Shown: positions 19,048 through 28,517, counted from the first letter of the stretch. The stretch is 35,767 nucleotides of DNA from Acidimicrobiales bacterium (GCA_036275935.1 DASUCS010000112.1:1-35767), one strand, 5' to 3'. The notes: generated by a model not told the origin, from the sequence alone. A program made the numbers and translations.

Positions 19048-20839
19048 CGAACACCATCTCCTCCTCGCCTTCTTCCGCGCCGCCGGTGAGGAACCGCCGA
19101 GCCTGGAGATCGAACATCGTGAAGTAGCGCCCGCGCCGTGCCATCAGCTCGTCGTGCGTACCGAGCTCGATGACCCGTCCGTGTTCCAGCACACAGATCC
19201 GGTCGGCGTGGCGCACCGTCGAGAAGCGATGCGAGATGAGGATCGTGGTGCAGCTCCGCGTCGCCGCGAGGATCCGGTCGAAGATCTCGGCTTCGCCGCG
19301 GACGTCGAGCTGAGCCGTCGGCTCGTCGAGCAGCACCACTCCCGCTCCGAGGTTGACGGCGCACAAGGCCCTGGCGAGCGCGACACGCTGCCACTGTCCG
19401 CCCGACAGGTCGGTTCCGCCCTCGTAGCCACGGGCGAGGATGGTGTCGAGCTCGGCGAGGTCGGCCGCGCCGGCCTGTTGCAACGCGTCGAGGATCACCT
19501 CGTCCGGGGCGCCGCGCGGGGCGACGTTGTCGCGCATCGGCAGCTCGAAGCGGATGAAGTCCTGGAACACCGCAGTGAGACGAGCGCGCCAGGACTCGAG
19601 ATCGAAGGCGCGGATGTCGGTGCCGTCGACTTCGATCGAGCCCGATTGCGGGTCGTAGAGCCGGCAGAGGAGCTTCGCCAGCGTGGTCTTGCCTGCGCCG
19701 TTCTGGCCGACGATCGCAAGCGACGAGCCTGCGGGGATCGCGAGGTCGAACCCTTCGAGAACCGGCGCGCCTCCCGGATAGGCGAACGTCACGTCGTGGA
19801 ACCGGATCTCCTGCGCGGGCTGCGCGTCGGCGCTCGCCGTCCCGGACGTCAACGCGCCTGCCGGCGCCATCGCCGGTTCGAGACGCAGGACCGCGGCCAC
19901 GGGCGCCGCGGCGCCGTCGAGCGCCCAGTTCAGGCCGCCGAACGCGATCATCGAGGTCCCGATCGCCGCCGTCGCGTAGGCGGTGACCGCGCCCACGCCG
20001 ATCGTGCCGTCCGTGGCCGCATCGGCCAGCGACCACAGCACCACGAGGTTCGCGGCGGTGACGAGCACCAGACTCCACGCGACCGACTTCTCGCGCAGTC
20101 GCGTCGCTTCGTACTGAAGCTTGTGCAGCGTCGTGCGCCGATCGATGAAGCGGTCGATGGTCCAGTTCGCCAGACCGAACATCCGCAGTTCCTTCGCTGC
20201 AGGCGGGTCGACCGCGAGCCGGTATGCGTACTCCGCGTCGCGTTGCGCGCCGCGCACGGTCTCCGTGTTGCGATCGCGCCACACCGCGCTCTCGCGCAAC
20301 AGCCAATGTGTCGCCAGCCACGCGCCACCGAGCAACAGCGGTGCCCACCAGGTGTAACCGAACAGGACCGCCGCCGACGCAAGCCCGCCGACCATCTGCA
20401 CGAGGCCGTCTGCGATGAAGTCCATCGAGAGGTAGAGCGGTGGCCCGGTCATCCCGGCGTCGAACTCGCGGGCGACGGTGAGGTCGTTGGTGAGTGCCGG
20501 GTCTTCGAGATGACCCATGCCCGGCGGTTTCACGCACGCGTCGGTGAGGCGGTCGTACAGCCACGCCGCCGTGCGATCACCGAGGTTCGCGCTGACCGCG
20601 GTGTGGATCGGCTTGAGGACCTGCAGCGTGACGAAGACGACGCCGGTGACGGTGAGCGGACCGGCGAGCGAGTGCCCGTGCTGGACGGCGCCGATCAGCA
20701 CGCCCATCGCGATCGCGAAGGCCGCCGGGAGCACGCCGCGCAGCGCCAACACCGTCCACCACGTGACCGCCAGGCGACGGTCGGCGCGGGGCAGCACGGA
20801 GAAGAACTGCCATTCCTGACGTTGACGGAGCCGCGACAA
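19034..20839 (-). CDS. ABC exporter half-transporter (TMD-NBD fusion), canonical subunit
   Basis: Walker A GQNGAGKTT, canonical signature LSGGQWQRVALARAL, Walker B VVLLDEPTAQLD, H-loop SHRF. TTG start with a strong SD (GGGAGGTGGGGG) upstream. Confidence 0.9.
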   Translation of the reverse strand: MSRLRQRQEWQFFSVLPRADRRLAVTWWTVLALRGVLPAAFAIAMGVLIGAVQHGHSLAGPLTVTGVVFVTLQVLKPIHTAVSANLGDRTAAWLYDRLTDACVKPPGMGHLEDPALTNDLTVAREFDAGMTGPPLYLSMDFIADGLVQMVGGLASAAVLFGYTWWAPLLLGGAWLATHWLLRESAVWRDRNTETVRGAQRDAEYAYRLAVDPPAAKELRMFGLANWTIDRFIDRRTTLHKLQYEATRLREKSVAWSLVLVTAANLVVLWSLADAATDGTIGVGAVTAYATAAIGTSMIAFGGLNWALDGAAAPVAAVLRLEPAMAPAGALTSGTASADAQPAQEIRFHDVTFAYPGGAPVLEGFDLAIPAGSSLAIVGQNGAGKTTLAKLLCRLYDPQSGSIEVDGTDIRAFDLESWRARLTAVFQDFIRFELPMRDNVAPRGAPDEVILDALQQAGAADLAELDTILARGYEGGTDLSGGQWQRVALARALCAVNLGAGVVLLDEPTAQLDVRGEAEIFDRILAATRSCTTILISHRFSTVRHADRICVLEHGRVIELGTHDELMARRGRYFTMFDLQARRFLTGGAEEGEEEMVFDVLA

Positions 20840-21132
20840 GAACCCCCACCTCCCTCAGCGCGAGCACATTACTTTGATGGTGTCTCGTCCGAATCGAGCA
20901 AGGCGCGTCGGATGGCGAGCGACGAGCTCGGCGAATCCCTCAAGAGCCGCAGCCCGTAGCCGACGTACATGGTGGCAACGGGATGATTCCGAAGGCTCAT
21001 TGCTGATGAGTCGCTGAATCGTCACAATGCCGCAATCGACGTCGGAGGTCGGCGTCGGTCGGGATACCAAGTTTCCGGCGGACTTCCCAGCGCGGGCGGC
21101 GCGCAGGGCACTCAGCCTGTCGCCGCAGTTCG

Positions 21133-22203
21133 ATGCCAAATTCGCTCCCACGACGGGCGCGCGCCGTTGTCGCGCTCTGCATCATCGCCGCCGTCGCGAT
21201 GGTCACGGTGGTCCGTCTCAGTTCGTCAGGTCCGTCGCCGCGCGCCGCCACTCTGCATGCGACGGCGACCGGCCATCCCACGGTCGTTCCTGCGCCCACT
21301 GCGCCGGCGACGACCGTCGCCCCCACCCTTCCGCCGACGACCGTCGCCCCCACCACGACGACGACCGCCCCGCCGCCGACGACCGCTGTACCTGCGCCGC
21401 CCGCACCACCACCTCCGCCCCCGGCGCCGGTGGTGCCGTCCGGCAAGGGCATGTGGATCTGGCAACCCGATCAGGCCGATGGCGGCGACCCCAACGCGAT
21501 CGTGGCGCGCGCCAAGGCGACTGGCCTCACGCACCTGTACGTGCGCACCGGCTCGTCGGTCGACGGGTTCAACGCCTCCGACTTCCTCAACGCGCTGTTG
21601 CCGGTCGCGCACGCCAACGGCATTCGCGTGATCGGATGGGACTTCCCGTACTTCGACGACGCCGAAGGTGATGTGGTGCGGGCTCTGTCCGCGATCAACT
21701 ACACGACGCCGAGCGGCGATCGCATCGATGGGTTCAGCCCTGACATCGAAACGCCCGGCGAAGGCGTCGCGCTCTCCGCGCAAGCCGTGTACCTGTACGC
21801 CAGCGCGCTGCGGGCGAACGTCGGCCCCAGCTACCTGTTGATCGCGACGGTGCCGCGGCCGAGCGCGTACCGCATCGCGGACTATCCGTACGGGACGATC
21901 ATCCAGTACATGGATGCGGTCGCGCCGATGGTGTACTGGATCAACCAGCCGCCGGATCAGGAAGCGGCCGACGCCGTCGACTACCTGTCACAGTTCGGCA
22001 AGCCCGTGCTGCCGATCGGTCAGGCCTATGACAGCGGGCTCGAAGGCGGTCCTCCGGGCGCGCCGACCGGTGACGAGATCGACGCGTTCATCAACGCCGC
22101 GCAAGCACACGGCGCCGCCGGGGTGTCGTTCTGGTCGTGGCAGCACGCCAGCGACGACATGTGGAACGCGATCGCCGCCGCCCAAGAAGTCGGCCAGCAC
22201 TGA
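21133..22203 (+). CDS. Membrane-anchored or secreted protein with a Pro/Thr-rich linker and a putative glycoside-hydrolase-like TIM-barrel domain
   Basis: N-terminal signal anchor (AVVALCIIAAVAMVTVV), then an about 75-aa P/T/A linker. The following domain starts GKGMWIWQPD...LTHLYVRTGSS...IRVIGWDFPY...FSPDIE. The resemblance to GH-like (GHL/DUF4015-type) domains is from memory only. Confidence 0.6.
   Translation: MPNSLPRRARAVVALCIIAAVAMVTVVRLSSSGPSPRAATLHATATGHPTVVPAPTAPATTVAPTLPPTTVAPTTTTTAPPPTTAVPAPPAPPPPPPAPVVPSGKGMWIWQPDQADGGDPNAIVARAKATGLTHLYVRTGSSVDGFNASDFLNALLPVAHANGIRVIGWDFPYFDDAEGDVVRALSAINYTTPSGDRIDGFSPDIETPGEGVALSAQAVYLYASALRANVGPSYLLIATVPRPSAYRIADYPYGTIIQYMDAVAPMVYWINQPPDQEAADAVDYLSQFGKPVLPIGQAYDSGLEGGPPGAPTGDEIDAFINAAQAHGAAGVSFWSWQHASDDMWNAIAAAQEVGQH
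21308..21354 (+). repeat. In-frame 20-nt direct repeat with 27-nt period inside the Pro/Thr linker
   Basis: CGACGACCGTCGCCCCCACC occurs at 21308-21327 and 21335-21354, encoding ATTVAPTLP / PTTVAPTTT. Confidence 0.8.
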
Positions 22204-22427
22204 CGTTCGCGCGGCGGTGACCGCGTTGTCGCCGTCGGTGCGGGGGGACCGGAACCTGTGTGCTGCGCACGCAGCGAACCACACCAGAACTCGGGTGCTC
22301 GCCGTGGGATGACGGGGTGGTTCTCCGCGGGCCGCCCGGAGTTCGTAGCAAGAGGGTTCCACGCCCGCCCAACGCCCCCGGACGGCCGCGCGTCACGTGA
22401 TGTTCCGCCGGTGCACTCGACCGAGCA

Positions 22428-23585
22428 CTAGTGGTGGTGGCTTTCGGACCATGTCTTGCCGGCCTCGACGTCGATGTCGTGGGCGAGGCCGAGGATGCGC
22501 TCGGCGATGACGTTGCGCAGCACCTCTGACGTACCGCCGCCGACGGTGAGCGCGGGGCTGAACAGGAAGCCCTCGGACCATGGCGCCCACTGCGCGTCGA
22601 CGTCCTCTGTCGCGAGCATTCCGTACGCACCCATCATGTCCTTGCCGAGCCGGAAGCCGACCTGGCCGTGGGGATCCTTCAACGCCTTGCGCAACGATGC
22701 ATCGGGACCGGGCTGCTTGTTCACCGCGGCCGAGATCTGGCGCAGCTGGTGGTACCGGAGGATCTCGCCGTCGATGTACGCGGAAACCAACCGCTGACGA
22801 ATCATGGGATCGAGCGAGCCGTTGCTGCGAGCAAGCTGCACCAAGTCGCGCACTGTCGGCCCGTATCCCCACTGCAGGCCTTCCTTCGACAGCGACACCC
22901 GCTCGTTGGCCAGCGTCTCCTTGGCCATCGCCCAACCGCCGTTCAGTGTGCCGATGAGATTCTCGGCCGGCAGCTGCACGTCCGTGAAGAACACCTCGCA
23001 GAACCCGGCGTCACCGAACCCGCCGACCATGTTGCGCAACGGCCGCTTCTCGATGCCCGGGAGATCCATCGGCACGATGAAGTACGAGATGCCCGTGTAC
23101 TTGGACGTGTCCGGATCCGTGCGGGCAATGAGGATGCCGAACTTCGCCACCATCGCGAGCGACGTCCAGATCTTCTGACCGTTGACGATGAACACGTCAC
23201 CGTCGCGCACTGCGCGCGTGGCGAGGTTGGCGAGATCGGACCCTGCATCGGGCTCGGAGAACAACTGGCACCACAGCTCTTCGCCACGCAGCATCGGCGG
23301 CAAGTAACGCTGCTGCTGTTCTTCGGTCCCATGCACCACGATCACCGGACCGCAGTGACCGATACCGATCGGGTTCATTGGCTTGCTGACGCCGGCGCGG
23401 CGCATCTCGTCGTCGATGATCAGCTGCAGCTCGGGTTCGGCGTCGAGACCCCAGGGCGCCGGCCAGTGCGGTGTGACGAAACCGCGGTCGACGAGCTCGG
23501 CTGCGGTCGGCTGCGGATGCTCCTCGAACCATCGCCGCACTTCGAGGCGGCGTGGGTCGTCGTCGTGGGGGAGATCGATGTCCAC
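22428..23585 (-). CDS. Acyl-CoA dehydrogenase
   Basis: The ACAD pattern runs throughout (LWCQLFSEPDAGSDLANL, IVNGQKIWTS, C-terminal GGTSEVLRNVIAERILGL). The listed ORF extends to 23822 through an Arg-rich stretch. I chose the GTG at 23585, giving VDIDLPHDDDPRRLEVRRWFEEHP, a typical ACAD N-terminus. Confidence 0.88.
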   Translation of the reverse strand: MDIDLPHDDDPRRLEVRRWFEEHPQPTAAELVDRGFVTPHWPAPWGLDAEPELQLIIDDEMRRAGVSKPMNPIGIGHCGPVIVVHGTEEQQQRYLPPMLRGEELWCQLFSEPDAGSDLANLATRAVRDGDVFIVNGQKIWTSLAMVAKFGILIARTDPDTSKYTGISYFIVPMDLPGIEKRPLRNMVGGFGDAGFCEVFFTDVQLPAENLIGTLNGGWAMAKETLANERVSLSKEGLQWGYGPTVRDLVQLARSNGSLDPMIRQRLVSAYIDGEILRYHQLRQISAAVNKQPGPDASLRKALKDPHGQVGFRLGKDMMGAYGMLATEDVDAQWAPWSEGFLFSPALTVGGGTSEVLRNVIAERILGLAHDIDVEAGKTWSESHHH

Positions 23586-23630
23586 GGCGCGATTGAAACA
23601 GGCGACGCCCGACGCGTCATCATCCGGGAC

Positions 23631-24401
23631 GTGGCGTACTTCATCCCGACGGACGAGGGGCTGCAGCCGGTGCCCGAGGCGCGCAGCCCGTGGTCGGCGG
23701 ACATGTTGCATGGACGCCTGCTGTCGGGTCTCGCGGCGCGTGCGGTCGAGCTCGACTTCCCGGACGCGCACTACCGCGTGGCGCGGCTCACGCTCGACAT
23801 GTTCCGCTTCCCGCCGATGCAACCGTTCACGGCGACCACGAGGGTGGCGAGGGACGGGCGGCGTGTGCGCGCCGTCGACGTGTCGATCACGTGCGCCGGG
23901 GTCGAAGTCGCGCGAGCAAGCGTGCTGCTCCTACGGACCGGGACGCATCCCGAGGCCACGGTCTGGCAACCCGACGTGTGGCACGTCCCCGCGCCCGAGG
24001 AGCTGGAACCACCACCCGAGATGGCTGACTCGGGTTGGGAGATACGGCTCGTCTCGGAGGGTGGGTTCTGGAGCGACGCCCGCAAGCAGGCGTGGTCTCG
24101 GGACGGCTGGTCGCTCGTCGAGGGTGAGGAGATGTCGCCGCTCGTTCGGGTCGCGATCGCTTCGGACCTGCCGAACCCGATGGCCAACTCGGGGCCCGAA
24201 GGTCTGCAGTTCATCAATCCTGATCTCACGATGTTCCTGGCGCGCGAACCGACGTCGGAGTGGATCGGCCTCGATGTCACCGGTCACGTGGGCGCGGACG
24301 GAATCGCGATCGGGACCTGCGCGCTGTACGACCTGAAGGGTCCGATTGGCTACTCGACGGTGTGCGGGCTGGCCAACGAAGTGCTGGCCCCTAACGAGTA
24401 G
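23631..24401 (+). CDS. Thioesterase-like (double hotdog, acyl-CoA thioesterase family) protein
   Basis: This is the C-terminal part of listed ORF 22668..24401; the upstream part is the antisense shadow of the ACAD gene. The GTG at 23631 gives VAYFIPTDEGLQPVPEARSPWSADMLHGRLLSG. I assigned the family from memory of this N-terminal pattern. Confidence 0.6.
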   Translation: MAYFIPTDEGLQPVPEARSPWSADMLHGRLLSGLAARAVELDFPDAHYRVARLTLDMFRFPPMQPFTATTRVARDGRRVRAVDVSITCAGVEVARASVLLLRTGTHPEATVWQPDVWHVPAPEELEPPPEMADSGWEIRLVSEGGFWSDARKQAWSRDGWSLVEGEEMSPLVRVAIASDLPNPMANSGPEGLQFINPDLTMFLAREPTSEWIGLDVTGHVGADGIAIGTCALYDLKGPIGYSTVCGLANEVLAPNE

Positions 24402-24900
24402 CTCGGCGCGCCCGGCGGCGGGCGACGCCTTCTTCGATCGCCGTGCGGACGAGTCGATCGTTGTCCTTCGAGATGAATCGGTGCACGTAGCCCTCGAGGA
24501 GCAAGCGCCACACAGGGTTGAAGGCGTGATATGTCTCGCCGAACTCGACGCGTGTGCGGGTGTCCGAGATGGGTTCGAGCCGGTGCCACCCGCTGGCCTT
24601 CGACCACAGTGGCTTGCCGACCGCCTCGTAGCGCGACGAGCGGTTGGGTACCACCTCGGTGACGCACTCCCACGAGCGCCCGACGCCGTTGCTGAGCAAC
24701 AGCTTCGGGACCTTGAAGGTGCAGGTGCGTACCAATCCCTCACCCTTGTCATCGCCCTCGTGCACGATCTCGATGCGCACATCGCCGTGCTCGATCACTC
24801 GGCGTCGGCCATCGGGCGCCGGCCGCACCTTGGGATGCAGCACCGCCCAGATCTCGTCCGGCGTCGCCTCCACCTCGAACGAGTAGGTGTGTTCTCTCAC
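24391..24900 (-). CDS. SRPBCC (START/cyclase-dehydrase-like) family protein
   Basis: The GTG at 24900 gives VREHTYSFEVEATPDEIWAVLHP, a typical SRPBCC N-terminus. The maximal ORF reaches 24981. The 3' end overlaps the convergent thioesterase-like gene by 11 bp. Confidence 0.7.
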   Translation of the reverse strand: MREHTYSFEVEATPDEIWAVLHPKVRPAPDGRRRVIEHGDVRIEIVHEGDDKGEGLVRTCTFKVPKLLLSNGVGRSWECVTEVVPNRSSRYEAVGKPLWSKASGWHRLEPISDTRTRVEFGETYHAFNPVWRLLLEGYVHRFISKDNDRLVRTAIEEGVARRRARRATR

Positions 24901-24974
24901 GCCAGTGGCCCCCAATCCCGTGCGCGCGCAGTTTCGCGTGACTACCTTCTGCTCACCACCGCGGGGGACGTCGT

Positions 24975-25736
24975 TTGGCATTGCTCGAGGTACGAGAGAT
25001 CACAGTGCGCTTTGGTGGCGTCACCGCGCTCGATCGGCTGTCGTTCGACATCGACAGCGGCCAGATCTGCGGCCTGATCGGGCCCAACGGTGCGGGCAAG
25101 ACGACGATGTTCAACGTCATCAGCCGGATCTACCAACCCACGTCGGGGATCGTGGCCTTCGACCATGTGGCTCTCCTGGACCTTCCGGCTCATGCCATCG
25201 CCAAGTACGGCATCGCCCGCACGTTCCAGAACCTCGCGCTGTTCCCGTCCATGACGCTCCTCGAGAACGTCATGGTCGGGGCGCACAGCACCGGCACCGT
25301 CGGGTTCGTCCGGGCCGCGCTGCGGATCAACCCCTGGCGGGAGGAGAAGGGCACCCGCGAGTTCGCGTACGAGTTGCTGCACGAGCTCGGACTGGCGCCG
25401 CTCGCCTTCCGGCCGGCCATCGGCCTTCCCTTCGGCACCCTCAAACGGCTGGAGATCGCACGGGCGCTCGCCGCCCGACCCAAGTTCCTGCTGCTCGACG
25501 AGCCTGCGTCGGGTCTGACGCACAGTGAGGTCGACGAGCTCGGCGAGACGGTCAAGCACGTGCGCGACCAGTTCGGGTTGACGGTGTTGCTCGTGGAGCA
25601 CCACATGCAGATGGTGATGGGGATCTCCGACAAGGTCGTCGCCATGGACTTCGGTCGCAAGCTGGCCGAAGGAACTCCCGACGAAGTGCGCAACGATCCG
25701 GCCGTCATCGAGTCGTACTTGGGGTCGGTCGCGTGA
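24975..25736 (+). CDS. livG: Branched-chain amino acid ABC transporter ATP-binding protein LivG
   Basis: LEVREITVRFGGVTALDRLSF, Walker A GPNGAGKTT, Walker B LLLDEPASGL, LivG-type C-terminus DPAVIESYLG. TTG start with GGGGGA upstream. Confidence 0.9.
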   Translation: MALLEVREITVRFGGVTALDRLSFDIDSGQICGLIGPNGAGKTTMFNVISRIYQPTSGIVAFDHVALLDLPAHAIAKYGIARTFQNLALFPSMTLLENVMVGAHSTGTVGFVRAALRINPWREEKGTREFAYELLHELGLAPLAFRPAIGLPFGTLKRLEIARALAARPKFLLLDEPASGLTHSEVDELGETVKHVRDQFGLTVLLVEHHMQMVMGISDKVVAMDFGRKLAEGTPDEVRNDPAVIESYLGSVA

Positions 25737-26440
25737 CGCCGTTGCTCGAGGTGCGCGATCTCAAGGCCGGTTACGGGCCGATCGAGGTGCTCCACGGGTT
25801 CGACCTCGCGGTCAACGAGGGCGAGGTCGTGGTCGTGCTCGGCGCCAACGGAGCGGGCAAGACGACGACCATTCGCGCGATCTCCGGCACCATCGCCCGC
25901 CGCGGGGACGTGACGTTCGCTGGACAAAAGATCAGCCACGCGTCGCCGGACGCGATCGTGCGCGCCGGCATCGCGCAGGTGCCCCAGGGCCGCGGGACCT
26001 TCGTCGATCTCACGGTGGAGGACAACCTTCGAGTCGGCGCGTATGTGCGTGATGACGATCCACAGCCTGACATCGACCGTTGGTTCGAAGTGTTCCCGCG
26101 CCTCGAGGAGCGCAGCAGCCAGAAAGCCGGCAGCCTCAGCGGCGGCGAGCAGCAGATGCTCGCCATAGCTCGTGCTCTCATGAGTCGCCCAAGGCTTGTC
26201 CTGTGCGACGAGCCGAGCCTCGGCCTCGCGCCGATCATCGTGCAGGAGCTGTTCAGAACGCTGTCTCGGTTGAACCAGGAGGAGGGCACGTCGATCCTGC
26301 TCGTCGAGCAGAACGCCAACCTCGCGATGGAGATCGCCCATCGCGCGTATCTCCTCGAGACCGGCACCATCGTCGCGTCCGGCGACGCCAAGGAGATGCT
26401 CGACAACGACGCGATCCGAAAGGCGTATCTCGGCTACTGA
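25733..26440 (+). CDS. livF: Branched-chain amino acid ABC transporter ATP-binding protein LivF
   Basis: LLEVRDLKAGYGPIEVLHG, Walker A GANGAGKTT, LSGGEQQMLAIARAL, C-terminal DAIRKAYLG. It overlaps livG by 4 nt (GTGA). Confidence 0.9.
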   Translation: MTPLLEVRDLKAGYGPIEVLHGFDLAVNEGEVVVVLGANGAGKTTTIRAISGTIARRGDVTFAGQKISHASPDAIVRAGIAQVPQGRGTFVDLTVEDNLRVGAYVRDDDPQPDIDRWFEVFPRLEERSSQKAGSLSGGEQQMLAIARALMSRPRLVLCDEPSLGLAPIIVQELFRTLSRLNQEEGTSILLVEQNANLAMEIAHRAYLLETGTIVASGDAKEMLDNDAIRKAYLGY

Positions 26441-27342
26441 TGATCAGCGACTTCTTGCAGTACCTGTTCGATGGGCTGTCCGCGGGAGCGATCTACAGCC
26501 TTCTCGCGCTCGGCCTCGTGATCGTGTACCGCGGGACTGGGCATCTGAACTTCGCGCAAGGTGAGATGGCGATGCTGTCGGCGTTCCTCGCGTGGTGGCT
26601 GAGTGACAACTGGTTGCCGATCTGGGTGGCGGTCTTCATCTGTGCGGCCTTCGGCTTCGCACTCGGGGCGGTGGTCGAACGCGTCATCATCAGGCCGATC
26701 GGCCAGCGCTCGATCTTCGCCGTCGGCGTGGCAGCAATCGGCTTGCTGCTCGGGATCAACGCGCTTGCGCCGTTCATCTGGAAGGTGACCCATCCAGAAG
26801 GGTTCGAGTCGCTGTTCCCGAAGAAGCCGACGGACTTCGTGACGATCGGCGGCGCCCATTGGCGCTACGAGAACATCGGCGTCCTCGTGGTGATGCTGAT
26901 CGTCGCCGGGCTGCTCTATCTCCTGTTCCAGAAGACGAAGCTCGGGCTCGCAATGCGTGCCGTCGCCTCCAACCCCGAGTCCGCGCCGCTCGCCGGCATC
27001 AAGACCGGTCAGGTGCTGATGATGTCGTGGGGCCTGGCCGCGGCCGCGGGAGCCATCGGAGGCTGCATGGTCGCGACGCTGCGCGGCAACGTCGAGCCGT
27101 CGATGATGCTCGCCATCTTCTTCTCGGCGACCGCCGCCGCGATGCTCGGCGGGTTCGACAGCCTGCTCGGTGCGGTGGTCGCCGGGCTGCTGCTCGGCGT
27201 GATCGAGAGCATGGGCGCCGGTTACCAGCCTGACGTCATCGGTCCCGAGCTCAAGGGTTCGCTGAGCCTCATCATCATTCTCATCGTGCTGCTATTCCGT
27301 CCCAGCGGACTGTTCGGCAGCAAGCGAGTCGAACGCGTGTGA
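26440..27342 (+). CDS. livH: Branched-chain amino acid ABC transporter permease LivH
   Basis: The ATG at 26440 overlaps the livF TGA by 1 nt. The sequence MISDFLQYLFDGLSAGAIYSLLALGLVIVYRGTGHLNFAQGE is a typical LivH N-terminus. The listed ORF (26080..) is over-extended into livF. Confidence 0.9.
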   Translation: MISDFLQYLFDGLSAGAIYSLLALGLVIVYRGTGHLNFAQGEMAMLSAFLAWWLSDNWLPIWVAVFICAAFGFALGAVVERVIIRPIGQRSIFAVGVAAIGLLLGINALAPFIWKVTHPEGFESLFPKKPTDFVTIGGAHWRYENIGVLVVMLIVAGLLYLLFQKTKLGLAMRAVASNPESAPLAGIKTGQVLMMSWGLAAAAGAIGGCMVATLRGNVEPSMMLAIFFSATAAAMLGGFDSLLGAVVAGLLLGVIESMGAGYQPDVIGPELKGSLSLIIILIVLLFRPSGLFGSKRVERV

Positions 27343-28517
27343 AGTTCCAGCCGATCCGCATCAACCAGGGAAGCCCAACACATTGGGCGCTGCGGGTCGC
27401 CGGTTTCCTCGTCATCGCGTATCTCGCGCTGTCACCGTTCGTGCGCGATCTGAAAGCCAACGAGTTCGGTGAGCTCACCGACATCGCGATCCTTGCGCTC
27501 GCCGCCGCGTCCCTGAACCTGCTGATCGGCTACACCGGCCAGATCTCCATCGGCCACTCGGCGTTCTTCGGCCTCGGCAGCTACACGACCGCCATCCTCA
27601 TGCACACGTACGGATGGTCGCCGGGCTGGACGTTCCCAGTGGCAGCCCTGATCTGCTTCGGCGTCGGTGTGCTGGTCGGCATTCCTGCGCTGCGACTCAG
27701 CGGCGTCTACCTCTCGCTCGTCACGCTCGCACTGGCGCAGCTGTTCCCCGCGCTCGTGCGCAAGTTCGACGACCTGACCGGCGGGTCGCGCGGCATCTCC
27801 AACCTGCGCTACGACCCGCCTTCGTGGACGGGCCTCGATCCCCGCAACCGCGTCGATCGCGCCGAGTGGCTGTTCATCGTCGCATTGTTCATGCTCGTGC
27901 TCGGCTACATCATCGTGCGCAACCTCGTGAAGAGCCGCGTCGGCCGGGCCATGGTCGCGGTGCGCGACAACACGACGGCGGCCGCCGTGATGGGTGTGCA
28001 TGTCGCGGTGGTCAAAACGGTCACCTTCGGCATCTCCGCTGCCCTCGCGGGGCTGGCCGGCAGCGTGTTCGTTCTACGCCAGACGCAGGCCAATCCGGAC
28101 AATCTGAGCTACACGATCCTCGGCGCGATCCTCTTCCTCGTGGTGATGGTGATCGGCGGCACCGCGAGCCTGCTCGGACCGATCGTCGGTGCCCTCGTGT
28201 ACTACCGCGTCGACCAGTACACGCGCGGCCTGCCTTCGAAGGATTACCTGCCGGGGTTCGTGCACGACTTCCTGAACGGTCGAGCCAACCTTGCAACGAT
28301 CGTGTTCGCTAGTTTGCTGATCCTGCTGATGTTCCTGGCGCCGTTCGGCATCGTGGGGCTGGCAAAGCGAATGGGCCGGCGCCTCGTGTTCGTGATCCCG
28401 CGCCCGCCGCTCGCGCTCGACGACGTCCCCGTTCCCGACCTGGAGCCGGCGGATGTCGCACCTACACCGCTCGAAGACGTAGTTCCGTCACCACCGACAC
28501 AAGGGGGAAGTCCATGA
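27339..28517 (+). CDS. livM: Branched-chain amino acid ABC transporter permease LivM
   Basis: LNLLIGYTGQISIGHSAFFGLGSYT motif and multiple TM helices. The GTG start overlaps the livH stop (GTGTGA). Confidence 0.9.
   Translation: MKFQPIRINQGSPTHWALRVAGFLVIAYLALSPFVRDLKANEFGELTDIAILALAAASLNLLIGYTGQISIGHSAFFGLGSYTTAILMHTYGWSPGWTFPVAALICFGVGVLVGIPALRLSGVYLSLVTLALAQLFPALVRKFDDLTGGSRGISNLRYDPPSWTGLDPRNRVDRAEWLFIVALFMLVLGYIIVRNLVKSRVGRAMVAVRDNTTAAAVMGVHVAVVKTVTFGISAALAGLAGSVFVLRQTQANPDNLSYTILGAILFLVVMVIGGTASLLGPIVGALVYYRVDQYTRGLPSKDYLPGFVHDFLNGRANLATIVFASLLILLMFLAPFGIVGLAKRMGRRLVFVIPRPPLALDDVPVPDLEPADVAPTPLEDVVPSPPTQGGSP

Noticed and set aside
18974-20959. 661-aa plus-strand ORF, the longest of many long ORFs lying antisense to clear genes. 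Others include 1611..2690, 4800..5888, 3111..3890, 11278..12478, 25190..26341, 28244..29716 and 29929..30891.
   Set aside because: The translations are Arg/Ala/Gly/Pro-rich and low-complexity with no recognisable motifs. Each lies exactly opposite a gene with strong family signatures. Stop-poor antisense frames are expected in high-GC DNA.
21000-21028. Possible promoter TTGCTG-n17-CACAAT upstream of the Pro/Thr-rich secreted protein gene.
   Set aside because: The hexamer matches are weak and have no supporting feature. By-eye promoter calls in a 290-bp gap are too unreliable to list as a feature.
20855-21151. 98-aa minus-strand ORF filling the ABC-exporter upstream region; a possible small regulator.
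   Set aside because: Third-position GC is only about 64% by hand count, which is non-coding level. There is no HTH-like motif, and it would overlap the start of the 21133 gene.
22300-22400. GGTTCCACGCC, a segment resembling a tRNA T-loop.
   Set aside because: The flanking bases cannot form a T-stem, and no acceptor, D or anticodon arms could be drawn.
22668-23630. N-terminal 320 residues of listed ORF 22668..24401, and the N-terminal extensions of ORFs 22428..23822, 5705..6784, 26080..27342 and 33871..34761.
   Set aside because: These extensions overlap neighbouring genes or have shadow-ORF composition. Internal starts give N-termini typical of the respective families, so the features were trimmed.
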